Positions 25,920 to 32,440 of a stretch of DNA of 42,547 bases are shown in pieces. The notes below the pieces were generated by a model. The model was given only the letters and a program-made list of their open reading frames with translations. It searched no databases and had not been told where the DNA came from. The stretch's first letter is position 1, and each line of letters begins with the position of its first letter. The DNA is from a virus. Position numbers and translations under genes: made by a program. Location: the IMG/VR virus record IMGVR_UViG_3300009439_000003. One strand, 5' to 3'.

Positions 25920-26310
25920 TAAAGCAAAGTTTGTTGAGAATGAGAGAAAGTTGAGAAAGGATAATGCTCAACTTCTGGAGACTATTAGAAAACAGGATAG
26001 TATTATTGATAAGATTACCAATGATAATATTTTGGCTCTCCAACAAATCCAGAAACAGAATGCTAGAATATTTGATTTGAGCAATGATGTTTTAAGGTTA
26101 AGCGATCTACAATTAGGATTTGAGGAGAGAAAAACAAAAGAGCCGAGGCTGTATGGTTTTGGAGGTTTGGATTACTTAAAAGAGAATGAGGTTTATTTGC
26201 CAAATATTGGATTGGCTTATTTATCTGGAAAAATTGGATTTGGAGCAAATATTGGATTGTTTGATAAGAATGTTTACTTTGGAGGCAATATTTTCATTAG
26301 TATATTTTAA
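25765..26310 (+). CDS. secreted coiled-coil protein with a Gly/aromatic beta-rich C-terminus ending in Phe (outer-membrane-associated candidate)
   Basis: Signal-peptide-like KLKRKWLTLLMILILSQQLIYSQ with no Cys. The C-terminus is GFGANIGLFDKNVYFGGNIFISIF. It overlaps the previous gene by 155 nt in another frame. Confidence 0.45.
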   Translation: MRTVNIGTVKLKRKWLTLLMILILSQQLIYSQTVSIDQIKELTVLDKEATIDKAKFVENERKLRKDNAQLLETIRKQDSIIDKITNDNILALQQIQKQNARIFDLSNDVLRLSDLQLGFEERKTKEPRLYGFGGLDYLKENEVYLPNIGLAYLSGKIGFGANIGLFDKNVYFGGNIFISIF

Positions 26311-26332
26311 AATTATGATTTAAGTTAAAATT

Positions 26333-26357
26333 AAACCCTGTAGAAAGGGTTTTTTTG
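26333..26357 (+). terminator. rho-independent terminator at the end of the late/lysis block
   Basis: AAACCCT/AGGGTTT (26333-26339 / 26346-26352) running into TTTTTTT. Confidence 0.75.
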
Positions 26358-26452
26358 TTTCATAATAATTCGTATTCTGAATTAATAATAAACCTCGCAA
26401 AATGAAATTTCAAAGAAAATAACATTTAAACTTAAATTTTAATAATTAATGC

Positions 26453-26483
26453 TTGTGTAGCTTAAACATAATGTTTAAATTTG
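26453..26483 (+). promoter_or_regulatory. early-type promoter P2
   Basis: TTG 26453-26455, a 20-nt spacer, then TAAATTTG 26476-26483. The module is near-identical to P1. Confidence 0.65.
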
Positions 26484-26499
26484 ACCATCATTAATAATT

Positions 26500-26510
26500 A
26501 AACCGAGAGA
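26500..26510 (+). promoter_or_regulatory. early-gene leader motif (AAACCGAGAGa)
   Basis: 10/11 match, 3 nt upstream of ATG 26514. Confidence 0.65.
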
Positions 26511-26513
26511 AAA

Positions 26514-26714
26514 ATGAAAAATTCAACAGAAACAATTAAAGCAACTCCAAATTATTCAAAAAGAACTTTTACTATTCGTAAGTATATTGATGGTAAATTG
26601 TTTGCAAAATATAGAACTATAAAAATGAACCAAGAGGAGTTTGATAATGAGGAAATGAATACTGAAAATGATTGGAGGCAATTTTTAAAGTCGGAAGACT
26701 ATTACAAGGTGTAA
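26514..26714 (+). CDS. hypothetical protein (66 aa)
   Basis: First ORF after P2 and the leader motif. Confidence 0.6.
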   Translation: MKNSTETIKATPNYSKRTFTIRKYIDGKLFAKYRTIKMNQEEFDNEEMNTENDWRQFLKSEDYYKV

Positions 26715-26722
26715 CAATTAAT

Positions 26723-26751
26723 ACCTCTCTTTAATTAGGGAGGTTTGTTTT
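26723..26751 (+). terminator. hairpin plus T-tract (weak terminator or attenuator)
   Basis: ACCTCTC/GGGAGGT (26723-26729 / 26738-26744; one G-U pair) followed by TTGTTTT. Confidence 0.4.
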
Positions 26752-26757
26752 AATAAT

Positions 26758-26768
26758 TAATCGAGAGC
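26758..26768 (+). promoter_or_regulatory. leader motif variant TAATCGAGAGC
   Basis: The CGAGAGC core lies 4 nt upstream of ATG 26773. Confidence 0.5.
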
Positions 26769-26772
26769 AAAA

Positions 26773-27021
26773 ATGGAATATTCAATTTACAACGGTCTTA
26801 AATTCACAACAGGTGATATTAACAAGAATTTCAAAATCAAAGTTCACACTACTAACAAGTACGGAAAGAACTTAAATACATTGGTGGGAGTTTCTGGTTT
26901 AATTCGTTTGATTGGAGTTGAGATGGTTAATAAATTTGTTACCAGAAGTTTTAATGCAATGGAGGATAAAACGGTTTGCAAATTACGTTCTGGAGTTCGT
27001 GTTACTTTTTACTCTCACTAA
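26773..27021 (+). CDS. hypothetical protein (82 aa)
   Basis: ORF preceded by a leader-motif variant. Confidence 0.55.
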   Translation: MEYSIYNGLKFTTGDINKNFKIKVHTTNKYGKNLNTLVGVSGLIRLIGVEMVNKFVTRSFNAMEDKTVCKLRSGVRVTFYSH

Positions 27022-27034
27022 AAAAAATACAAAT

Positions 27035-27514
27035 ATGCTGATAAGCGTTTACACAGACGGGAGTTGCGATAACTCAAAAGGGATTGGGAGTTATGGATAT
27101 GTTATTATGGCTAAATTCAAGGGAGAAAATTATTTAAGAAAACATAGTAGCAAAAAGTATATGGATACTACCAATAATCGTATGGAGCTCAAAGCTATTA
27201 TTAAAGCATTAGAGAGCATTGATATAGGGCATAACATTGATGTTTATAGTGATAGCAAATATTGCGTTGATGGGATTAACCAATGGCTTGATGGATGGAT
27301 TAAAAAAGGAAATTTAAGGGATAAAATGAATTTTGAACTTTGGCAGAGATTTAGAGATGTTAGGAAAGTGCATAGAGATGGAGGAACTACCATAAATGTA
27401 ACTTGGGTACGTGGGCATAATGGGAATGAGTTTAATGAGATGGCAGATAAGTTGGCGAATGTTGGGAGGTTGAATATTGATGATGGAGGTAGAAATTGTA
27501 AAAAGTTAAATTAA
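27035..27514 (+). CDS. rnhA: ribonuclease H (RNase HI type)
   Basis: ATG 27035 is preferred over the track's TTG 26912. VYTDGSC, TNNRMELKAI, VYSDSKY and WVRGHNGNEFNEMADKLA align with the E. coli RNase HI D10/E48/D70/H124/D134 residues. Confidence 0.9.
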   Translation: MLISVYTDGSCDNSKGIGSYGYVIMAKFKGENYLRKHSSKKYMDTTNNRMELKAIIKALESIDIGHNIDVYSDSKYCVDGINQWLDGWIKKGNLRDKMNFELWQRFRDVRKVHRDGGTTINVTWVRGHNGNEFNEMADKLANVGRLNIDDGGRNCKKLN

Positions 27515-27526
27515 AATAGATATATT

Positions 27527-27865
27527 ATGAGAAATGTGATTTTATTATTAGGAGTTTTATTGATGGCAAGTTGTTCTGGAGAAAGTTTTGAGGAGGATTT
27601 ATACCAAGAGCAGGAGATTGTTGAGATTAGTTATGCTGATTTAATTGTTGGAGATTGGGATGATTTGAGCGATGATGATGAGGATGCGAGTTTTGATGGA
27701 GAGAAAGTTGTTTTTAGTTCTGGAGGTTTAGATTTTGAATATGAGTATTGGATTGACGGAGATAGTATTACTATCAAATATTCCAACACAATGATTAAGA
27801 CAAGAAAGCTGATTATTGATGGAGATGTTTTAAAAATTGGAGATAGAGAATATTTAAGGATATGA
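27527..27865 (+). CDS. lipoprotein (112 aa, acidic mature part)
   Basis: Signal peptide plus lipobox MRNVILLLGVLLMASC. The mature chain is D/E-rich. Confidence 0.7.
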   Translation: MRNVILLLGVLLMASCSGESFEEDLYQEQEIVEISYADLIVGDWDDLSDDDEDASFDGEKVVFSSGGLDFEYEYWIDGDSITIKYSNTMIKTRKLIIDGDVLKIGDREYLRI

Positions 27866-28161
27866 GATTACCATTTAAAAAAACACCTTGTAATAACTGC
27901 CCATTTAGAAAGGATTGCTTAAAAGGATGGCTTGGAGGAGAGAGAATGGAGGAGATATTAAAAGAGGATAGTTTTATTTGCCACAAGACAGCTTATGGAG
28001 CAGATAAAGAGAAAAGACAATGTGCAGGACATATTCATATCAAAAAAGAAAGCAATGTATTTTATAGAGTTGCAAGAGCAATGGGATTTGATATGAGTAT
28101 TGGAAAGACAGAGAAATTATTTGAGAATGAAAAGGAGTTAATTAAGCACCATAAAAGATGA
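27862..28161 (+). CDS. Cys/His-motif protein (99 aa; CxxCP...FICH...CAGH)
   Basis: TPCNNCPFRKDC, FICHKT and QCAGHIH look like a putative metal-binding site. It has an ATGA overlap with the upstream gene. Confidence 0.6.
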   Translation: MRLPFKKTPCNNCPFRKDCLKGWLGGERMEEILKEDSFICHKTAYGADKEKRQCAGHIHIKKESNVFYRVARAMGFDMSIGKTEKLFENEKELIKHHKR

Positions 28162-28340
28162 GATATTTTGCAACGATTAGAATTGAGTTACCAATAAACT
28201 CTCCAGAGGATGCTGTAAAGGTTGCCAAGGAGGTTGAGGAGAAATTGAGAGCAGATAAAGATTATGAGTTAAATCCATACCTTTGCTATGTTACTCAAAG
28301 CGATAGAGGAGAGAGTAAAGAAATAATTAATAACATTTGA
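28158..28340 (+). CDS. hypothetical protein (60 aa)
   Basis: ATGA overlap with the upstream gene. Confidence 0.5.
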   Translation: MRYFATIRIELPINSPEDAVKVAKEVEEKLRADKDYELNPYLCYVTQSDRGESKEIINNI

Positions 28341-28345
28341 TTGAT

Positions 28346-28585
28346 ATGAGTTTAAATAATTTACAAGAGTTCTCTCCAGAGGGAGGAAATGAGAATTTTG
28401 TTGAGTTTGAGAAAGGGCAAAAAGTTCAAATTTATAAAGACCCAAATTTTGAGGAAATTCCAGAAAGTATGGCGATTATTGATAGAGTATTGATGAGCGA
28501 AAAAACAAGGTCGCTTTGCTTGGTTACTCTGGAGAGTAATGATATGCAAGTTGAGAGATGGATAAAAAAGGAGGTTTTGGAATAA
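28346..28585 (+). CDS. hypothetical protein (79 aa)
   Basis: ATG 28346 is preferred over the track's TTG 28337. Confidence 0.5.
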   Translation: MSLNNLQEFSPEGGNENFVEFEKGQKVQIYKDPNFEEIPESMAIIDRVLMSEKTRSLCLVTLESNDMQVERWIKKEVLE

Positions 28586-28591
28586 TTTTTA

Positions 28592-28621
28592 TTGCAGGAG
28601 TGGTTGAATGTAGTATATTTG
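28592..28621 (+). promoter_or_regulatory. promoter of the ORF-less transcription unit
   Basis: TTG 28592-28594, a 19-nt spacer, then TATATTTG 28614-28621. Confidence 0.6.
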
Positions 28622-28626
28622 TATCA

Positions 28627-28701
28627 CTCCGCTAATATCCGACCGCTCTCGGTTTATCTGCCAATAAAGCCACTAACGTTCTTGTTAGTGGCTTTTCTTT
28701 T
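28627..28701 (+). ncRNA. candidate ~75-nt small RNA carrying the anti-leader sequence GCUCUCGGUUU
   Basis: A promoter lies upstream and an intrinsic terminator lies at the 3' end, with no ORF between them. Nt 28645-28655 are the exact reverse complement of the leader motif AAACCGAGAGC. The 5' end is only estimated. Confidence 0.45.
28667..28701 (+). terminator. rho-independent terminator
   Basis: 11-bp perfect stem AAGCCACTAAC/GTTAGTGGCTT (28667-28677 / 28684-28694), a 6-nt loop, then TTCTTTTT. Confidence 0.8.
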
Positions 28702-28712
28702 TAAATTAAAAC

Positions 28713-28743
28713 TTGTGTTAATTAAAATTAAAGTTTAAATTTG
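28713..28743 (+). promoter_or_regulatory. early-type promoter P3
   Basis: TTG 28713-28715, a 20-nt spacer, then TAAATTTG 28736-28743. It carries the same GTTTAAATTTGACCA core as P1 and P2. Confidence 0.65.
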
Positions 28744-28760
28744 ACCACATTAATATTGTA

Positions 28761-28771
28761 AAACCGAGAGA
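28761..28771 (+). promoter_or_regulatory. early-gene leader motif (AAACCGAGAGa)
   Basis: 10/11 match, 3 nt upstream of ATG 28774. Confidence 0.65.
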
Positions 28772-28773
28772 AA

Positions 28774-28905
28774 ATGACTTACGATGATTGGAAATTAGAC
28801 AACCCTTTTGATGATGAGAAAGACAATGAATGTGGTTATTGTGGAGAGCCTACAGATAAAGATTTTTGTAACAAAGAATGTTACAAAGCGTACCAAAATG
28901 ATTAA
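28774..28905 (+). CDS. Cys-rich mini-protein (43 aa)
   Basis: Hand-translated as MTYDDWKLDNPFDDEKDNECGYCGEPTDKDFCNKECYKAYQND. It lies directly after P3 and the leader motif. Confidence 0.5.
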   Translation: MTYDDWKLDNPFDDEKDNECGYCGEPTDKDFCNKECYKAYQND

Positions 28906-28925
28906 TTTTAAAAATAGAGATAGAG

Positions 28926-29222
28926 ATGGGAAAACCAGCATTAAAGATTGAGGAGGCTTTGGACTTTCACGAAAAGACCAAGGCTAAAAGTGAGCCAAGT
29001 ATTTTAAAAGGAGATTTGGCAAATGTTTTCTTTGGAGGAGCGAAAGAGAAAACAAGACCAGTAAATATGAGTAATTTGGTAGGTGGTCGAACTACAAGAG
29101 TTGACCCAGAGTGGGTGCATCATTTATGTAAAGTTACAAGAGTAGATGCGAACTTTTTATTTGGCATTAAGCCAATGAACCCAAAAACATTAGAGAAGTA
29201 TGAGAGCGGAGCGTATAATTAA
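28926..29222 (+). CDS. putative HTH DNA-binding protein (98 aa)
   Basis: The C-terminal segment EWVHHLCKVTRVDANFLFGI resembles the recognition-helix end of XRE-type HTH domains. The match is weak. Confidence 0.4.
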   Translation: MGKPALKIEEALDFHEKTKAKSEPSILKGDLANVFFGGAKEKTRPVNMSNLVGGRTTRVDPEWVHHLCKVTRVDANFLFGIKPMNPKTLEKYESGAYN

Positions 29223-29364
29223 CAAAACATTTGGCATCCTGTTTATCCTGTTAGGATTAGGAGCGTTGATTGGAGCGATGTTTTATGGTGCAAAGCATCA
29301 GTATTTCATCGCAGGGATTAGTATTTTATTATCAATTATATTATTAACAATTAAAAACGATTAA
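29200..29364 (+). CDS. small membrane protein (54 aa, 2 TM)
   Basis: Hand-translated as MRAERIINKTFGILFILLGLGALIGAMFYGAKHQYFIAGISILLSIILLTIKND. It overlaps the upstream 3' end by 23 nt. Confidence 0.4.
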   Translation: MRAERIINKTFGILFILLGLGALIGAMFYGAKHQYFIAGISILLSIILLTIKND

Positions 29365-29368
29365 AATT

Positions 29369-30475
29369 ATGAGTAACGAGAGCGAAAAAGCAAAAGACAT
29401 TGAAGTAAAAGGAGCTAAAGAGATTAGTGCTTTTGATAAGATGATGGCTGACAATCCAGATGGAGTTTATGAGTTGGCGCCTGGCTTAACATCGGAGGAG
29501 ATGTTTGCAGTTTTCTTTGATGAGAAAGCGTTGGTTGAGGCACCAGAAAAAATATACCGATTGCAAGGGAGTAGCCATAGGTATTATTACAAGTTTGATG
29601 AGCAAGGTTTGCCAGATTTCTTTACATCAGTAACAACGATGATTAAGCAAACGATGCCTACAAGTCCTCATTTGATTAAATGGATTGCTGATATGGGATA
29701 TGAGGAAAGTAGAAATTTTGCAGCAGAGAGAGCTGATTATGGAACTTTTATGCACACAGAAATTGCAGAGTTGTTGATTGCCAGAAAGTATGATACGGAG
29801 AAAATAAAAAGTAAGTTAAAAGCCTATATTGAAAAGGAAAACTTACCAAGTGATTTCATTAACCACGCAGATGAGTTGAAAAAAGATATTTTGGCTTTTG
29901 CTCAATTTATGATTGATTATAATGTTAAGCCATTAGCGATTGAGATTGTATTGAGCCACCCAACAGATGGATATGCAGGAGCGATTGATTTGGTCGCTGA
30001 AATATCTGGAGAAATTTCTGGGCATTGGGGAGAGGTTTATAAATCTGGAGCAAAGGTTGGTCAACCGAGAAAGACAACTAAATTTATTGAGGGAGTTAAA
30101 TGTATTATTGATTTCAAAAGTGGGAGAAAGGGATTTTATGAAGAACACGAGATACAATTACAAGCATACCAAGAGATGTGGGATGCTCACTTTCCAGATA
30201 GAAAAGTTGAGAAAAGGTTTAATTGGTCGCCAAAAGAATGGAGAGGAGCGAAACCAACCTATAATTTGAAAGACCAAACGGAGGCAAAAAGTGTTTATAA
30301 ATTAAAGCATCTGGTTGAATTAGCAAGAGTTGAGAAAGATAGGAGAAATGATACAGTTGTTGTAATTTCTGGAGAAATTGACTTAAAGGATAGATTGGAT
30401 AAGAATATGCAGGAAATGACATTAAGTGAATTGGTTAAAAAGAGAAAGACTGAAAAGGATAAACCAACCAAGTAA
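29369..30475 (+). CDS. PD-(D/E)XK family exonuclease (RecB/Cas4-like nuclease fold)
   Basis: Motifs GTFMHTEIAE, GAIDLV, IIDFKSG (D-x-K) and HEIQLQAYQ are present in the canonical order. Confidence 0.7.
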   Translation: MSNESEKAKDIEVKGAKEISAFDKMMADNPDGVYELAPGLTSEEMFAVFFDEKALVEAPEKIYRLQGSSHRYYYKFDEQGLPDFFTSVTTMIKQTMPTSPHLIKWIADMGYEESRNFAAERADYGTFMHTEIAELLIARKYDTEKIKSKLKAYIEKENLPSDFINHADELKKDILAFAQFMIDYNVKPLAIEIVLSHPTDGYAGAIDLVAEISGEISGHWGEVYKSGAKVGQPRKTTKFIEGVKCIIDFKSGRKGFYEEHEIQLQAYQEMWDAHFPDRKVEKRFNWSPKEWRGAKPTYNLKDQTEAKSVYKLKHLVELARVEKDRRNDTVVVISGEIDLKDRLDKNMQEMTLSELVKKRKTEKDKPTK

Positions 30476-30500
30476 TGGAATACAAATGATTTAGTATTAT

Positions 30501-30530
30501 ACAGGATAAGCAACTTGGTTTATCCTGTTT
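30501..30530 (+). terminator. 9-bp hairpin (possible weak terminator)
   Basis: ACAGGATAA/TTATCCTGT (30501-30509 / 30520-30528) followed only by TT. Confidence 0.3.
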
Positions 30531-30549
30531 AGAGCCAAGTGGCAAATGG

Positions 30550-30693
30550 ATGTGTTCAGTATCAAAAGAGGAGGAGGCTAAAAAGATAATTGATGCGATA
30601 TTGGATAGTAGGGAATTGATTTTAAAAAATTGGGAGCAGGGAATTGAAATAAACCCTGCTACTCAATTCTTTTTGAGAAAGGATGTAAGATAG
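30550..30693 (+). CDS. possible small protein (47 aa)
   Basis: Frame is open from 30490 and the first ATG is at 30550 (MCSVSKEEEAKKIIDAILD...). The start is uncertain. Confidence 0.3.
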   Translation: MCSVSKEEEAKKIIDAILDSRELILKNWEQGIEINPATQFFLRKDVR

Positions 30694-30709
30694 TAGTCAA
30701 ATAAGAGAT

Positions 30710-30832
30710 ATGAGCATACAACAGGCATTCCGTTCCAAATTGATAGCTTTTAAGAATGATAACCAGATTACTGCAAGTGCAGGGTTTGATGTTGATGAGT
30801 TGAGTATTAATTATAAAGAATTTGATTTATGA
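30710..30832 (+). CDS. hypothetical protein (40 aa)
   Basis: Hand-translated as MSIQQAFRSKLIAFKNDNQ.... It has an ATGA overlap with the next gene. Confidence 0.4.
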   Translation: MSIQQAFRSKLIAFKNDNQITASAGFDVDELSINYKEFDL

Positions 30833-31056
30833 AAGTAAAAACATTATTGGCTAATTGGCATCAAAATGGTAATTTATCAGATGGGGCAGGAGAGGATTTT
30901 GATAAATACGAGATTGGAGTTTCTGGAGTTGCAGAAATTATAGAGAAAGAGCCAAAAAATGGAATGCAGTTACATCATTTTATTGTAAAGTATAAGGATG
31001 GAGTTGTTGTAAAAGTTTTTAACCCAAATCACGTTGTATATTATGGCAAAAGGTAG
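30829..31056 (+). CDS. hypothetical protein (75 aa)
   Basis: ORF coupled to both of its neighbours. Confidence 0.55.
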   Translation: MKVKTLLANWHQNGNLSDGAGEDFDKYEIGVSGVAEIIEKEPKNGMQLHHFIVKYKDGVVVKVFNPNHVVYYGKR

Positions 31057-31747
31057 AATTAAAAGACCAGAGAAAGTTGAGGCATTTAAGATGCCCAGAG
31101 TTGGAATGATAAAAACAGGATATAAAGATGAGCGAGGTTATCCACGATCTTGCGATTATTTTTTAGCATCTGGAAAGTATAAAGTATTATTTGATAATGC
31201 GTACCCAAATAAACCCAAGACCTTGCAAATTGTATTCTGGGAGGATAATTATGAAACGATGTGCAATGAGAGATATGAGTACCGAGATAATGAGGGAAAG
31301 TTGTTTGCATCTGGAGATGGAGAGGAGTTTGATGTTTGGAATGGAGAAAAATATGTAAAATATTTAATTGCTGACCATCCAAATTTGATGGAGGATTTGC
31401 ATAAGAAACAGAGAAACAAAAAAGGATGGGAGGTTATTTTAACCTTGCGTTTTTTCTTACCAAAAGTCAAAGATATTGCAGGATATTGGGAGTACTCAAC
31501 AAAAGGAGAGGCATCAACTATTCCTGCGATTAGAGATACTTTTGATTTGATGATGGAGAGCAGAGGTTCTGTAAGAGGAGTTATTTTTGATTTGAATGTA
31601 ATATTTGCTAAAAGTCAAAAGCCTGGAGTTAAAAGCCGATACCCTGTTGTTTCATTGATACCAAACCAGAGTAAAGCTAATATTGAGGCAGTTAAGGGAG
31701 CGATGTTAAATGTATCACAAACGCCAATGCTTGGAGATGGGAATTAA
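31043..31747 (+). CDS. hypothetical protein (234 aa; recombination-module context)
   Basis: ATG 31043 is preferred over the track's TTG 31034. It lies downstream of the PD-(D/E)XK exonuclease. No motif was recognised. Confidence 0.55.
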   Translation: MAKGRIKRPEKVEAFKMPRVGMIKTGYKDERGYPRSCDYFLASGKYKVLFDNAYPNKPKTLQIVFWEDNYETMCNERYEYRDNEGKLFASGDGEEFDVWNGEKYVKYLIADHPNLMEDLHKKQRNKKGWEVILTLRFFLPKVKDIAGYWEYSTKGEASTIPAIRDTFDLMMESRGSVRGVIFDLNVIFAKSQKPGVKSRYPVVSLIPNQSKANIEAVKGAMLNVSQTPMLGDGN

Positions 31748-31760
31748 AATAGTATATTTG
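31731..31760 (+). promoter_or_regulatory. promoter (TTG-N19-TATATTTG)
   Basis: TTG 31731-31733 and TATATTTG 31753-31760. The AGTATATTTGT box is the same as at 28612. Confidence 0.6.
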
Positions 31761-31810
31761 TCAAAGAGTTACCGATTTGCACCAATGAGTAACCAAACCT
31801 AAAAATATTC

Positions 31811-31863
31811 AATCGTTAATGCTGGAGGGAGTGCAAACCCAAAGGCGTTAGCGATTTTTTTTT
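31811..31863 (+). terminator. hairpin plus T9 tract in the leader of the 31867 gene (attenuator or terminator candidate)
   Basis: AATCGTTAA/TTAGCGATT (31811-31819 / 31848-31856, one G-U pair) with a 28-nt loop, running into nine T residues (31855-31863). Confidence 0.35.
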
Positions 31864-31866
31864 ATT

Positions 31867-32265
31867 ATGTTAAAAAAGAGAGCGAAAAAGGATTTTGAGT
31901 ATTGGGTTTGGAAACAAAATCAAGAATTAATTAAAAAGGATGTTAAGTATTATTTGGTATTGGTTGAGGGAAAGTTTGAGGAAAGAATACCATTTGATAT
32001 GAGGTTTGGTTTTTATGTAAAATGGTTTTGTAGAGTAGGAATACCAATAGGAGTTGCACCAGAGTATAATGAGCATAACAATGAGTTTAATGGCTATATG
32101 CCAATAATAAGAGATGCTATTTTCTGGAAAGCAAATGAGGATGGATATTATAAAGACTTGCAGGAGGCAAGAGAGGTGTTAATTAGGGAGGCTATGATAA
32201 TTTATAACAAAGAGTTATCGTGGAAAGAATTTAAAGAGCAAAGAGGATATGGGAGTAATAAATAA
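31867..32265 (+). CDS. hypothetical protein (132 aa)
   Basis: ORF with an ATG start 4 nt after the T9 tract. Confidence 0.6.
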   Translation: MLKKRAKKDFEYWVWKQNQELIKKDVKYYLVLVEGKFEERIPFDMRFGFYVKWFCRVGIPIGVAPEYNEHNNEFNGYMPIIRDAIFWKANEDGYYKDLQEAREVLIREAMIIYNKELSWKEFKEQRGYGSNK

Positions 32266-32440
32266 AGATAGGTTTGTTGGGTTTGATTTGCAGGATAAAA
32301 ATGATATGTTGGTTTCAATTTTAGGAAACAGAGGGAAGTATTTAACACAAAAAGAATGTTGTTTAATTGAGGAAAAATTAAAGAAAGCAAAAGTTTTCTC
32401 AATAAAAAATGATGTTGAAAAATTAAACCGAGAGCAATAA
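32249..32440 (+). CDS. hypothetical protein (63 aa)
   Basis: ORF overlapping the upstream 3' end by 17 nt. Its own 3' end contains the leader motif for the next gene. Confidence 0.5.
   Translation: MGVINKDRFVGFDLQDKNDMLVSILGNRGKYLTQKECCLIEEKLKKAKVFSIKNDVEKLNREQ
32425..32435 (+). promoter_or_regulatory. early-gene leader motif AAACCGAGAGC
   Basis: Perfect 11-mer, 4 nt upstream of ATG 32440, inside the upstream ORF (..LNREQ*). Confidence 0.7.

Noticed and set aside
29967-30269. Nested + strand ORFs in alternative frames: 29967-30269 inside the PD-(D/E)XK gene and 33580-33855 inside the 300-aa gene.
   Set aside because: They are fully embedded in better-supported genes, have Arg/Lys-rich compositions that look random, and lack upstream signals.
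30501-30528. The 9-bp inverted repeat ACAGGATAA/TTATCCTGT, considered as a recombination or attachment site. A related TTTATCCTGTTAGG string occurs at 29240.
   Set aside because: There is no integrase in the genome. The second site shares only about 10 nt and lies inside a coding region. The repeat is more simply explained as a weak transcriptional hairpin.
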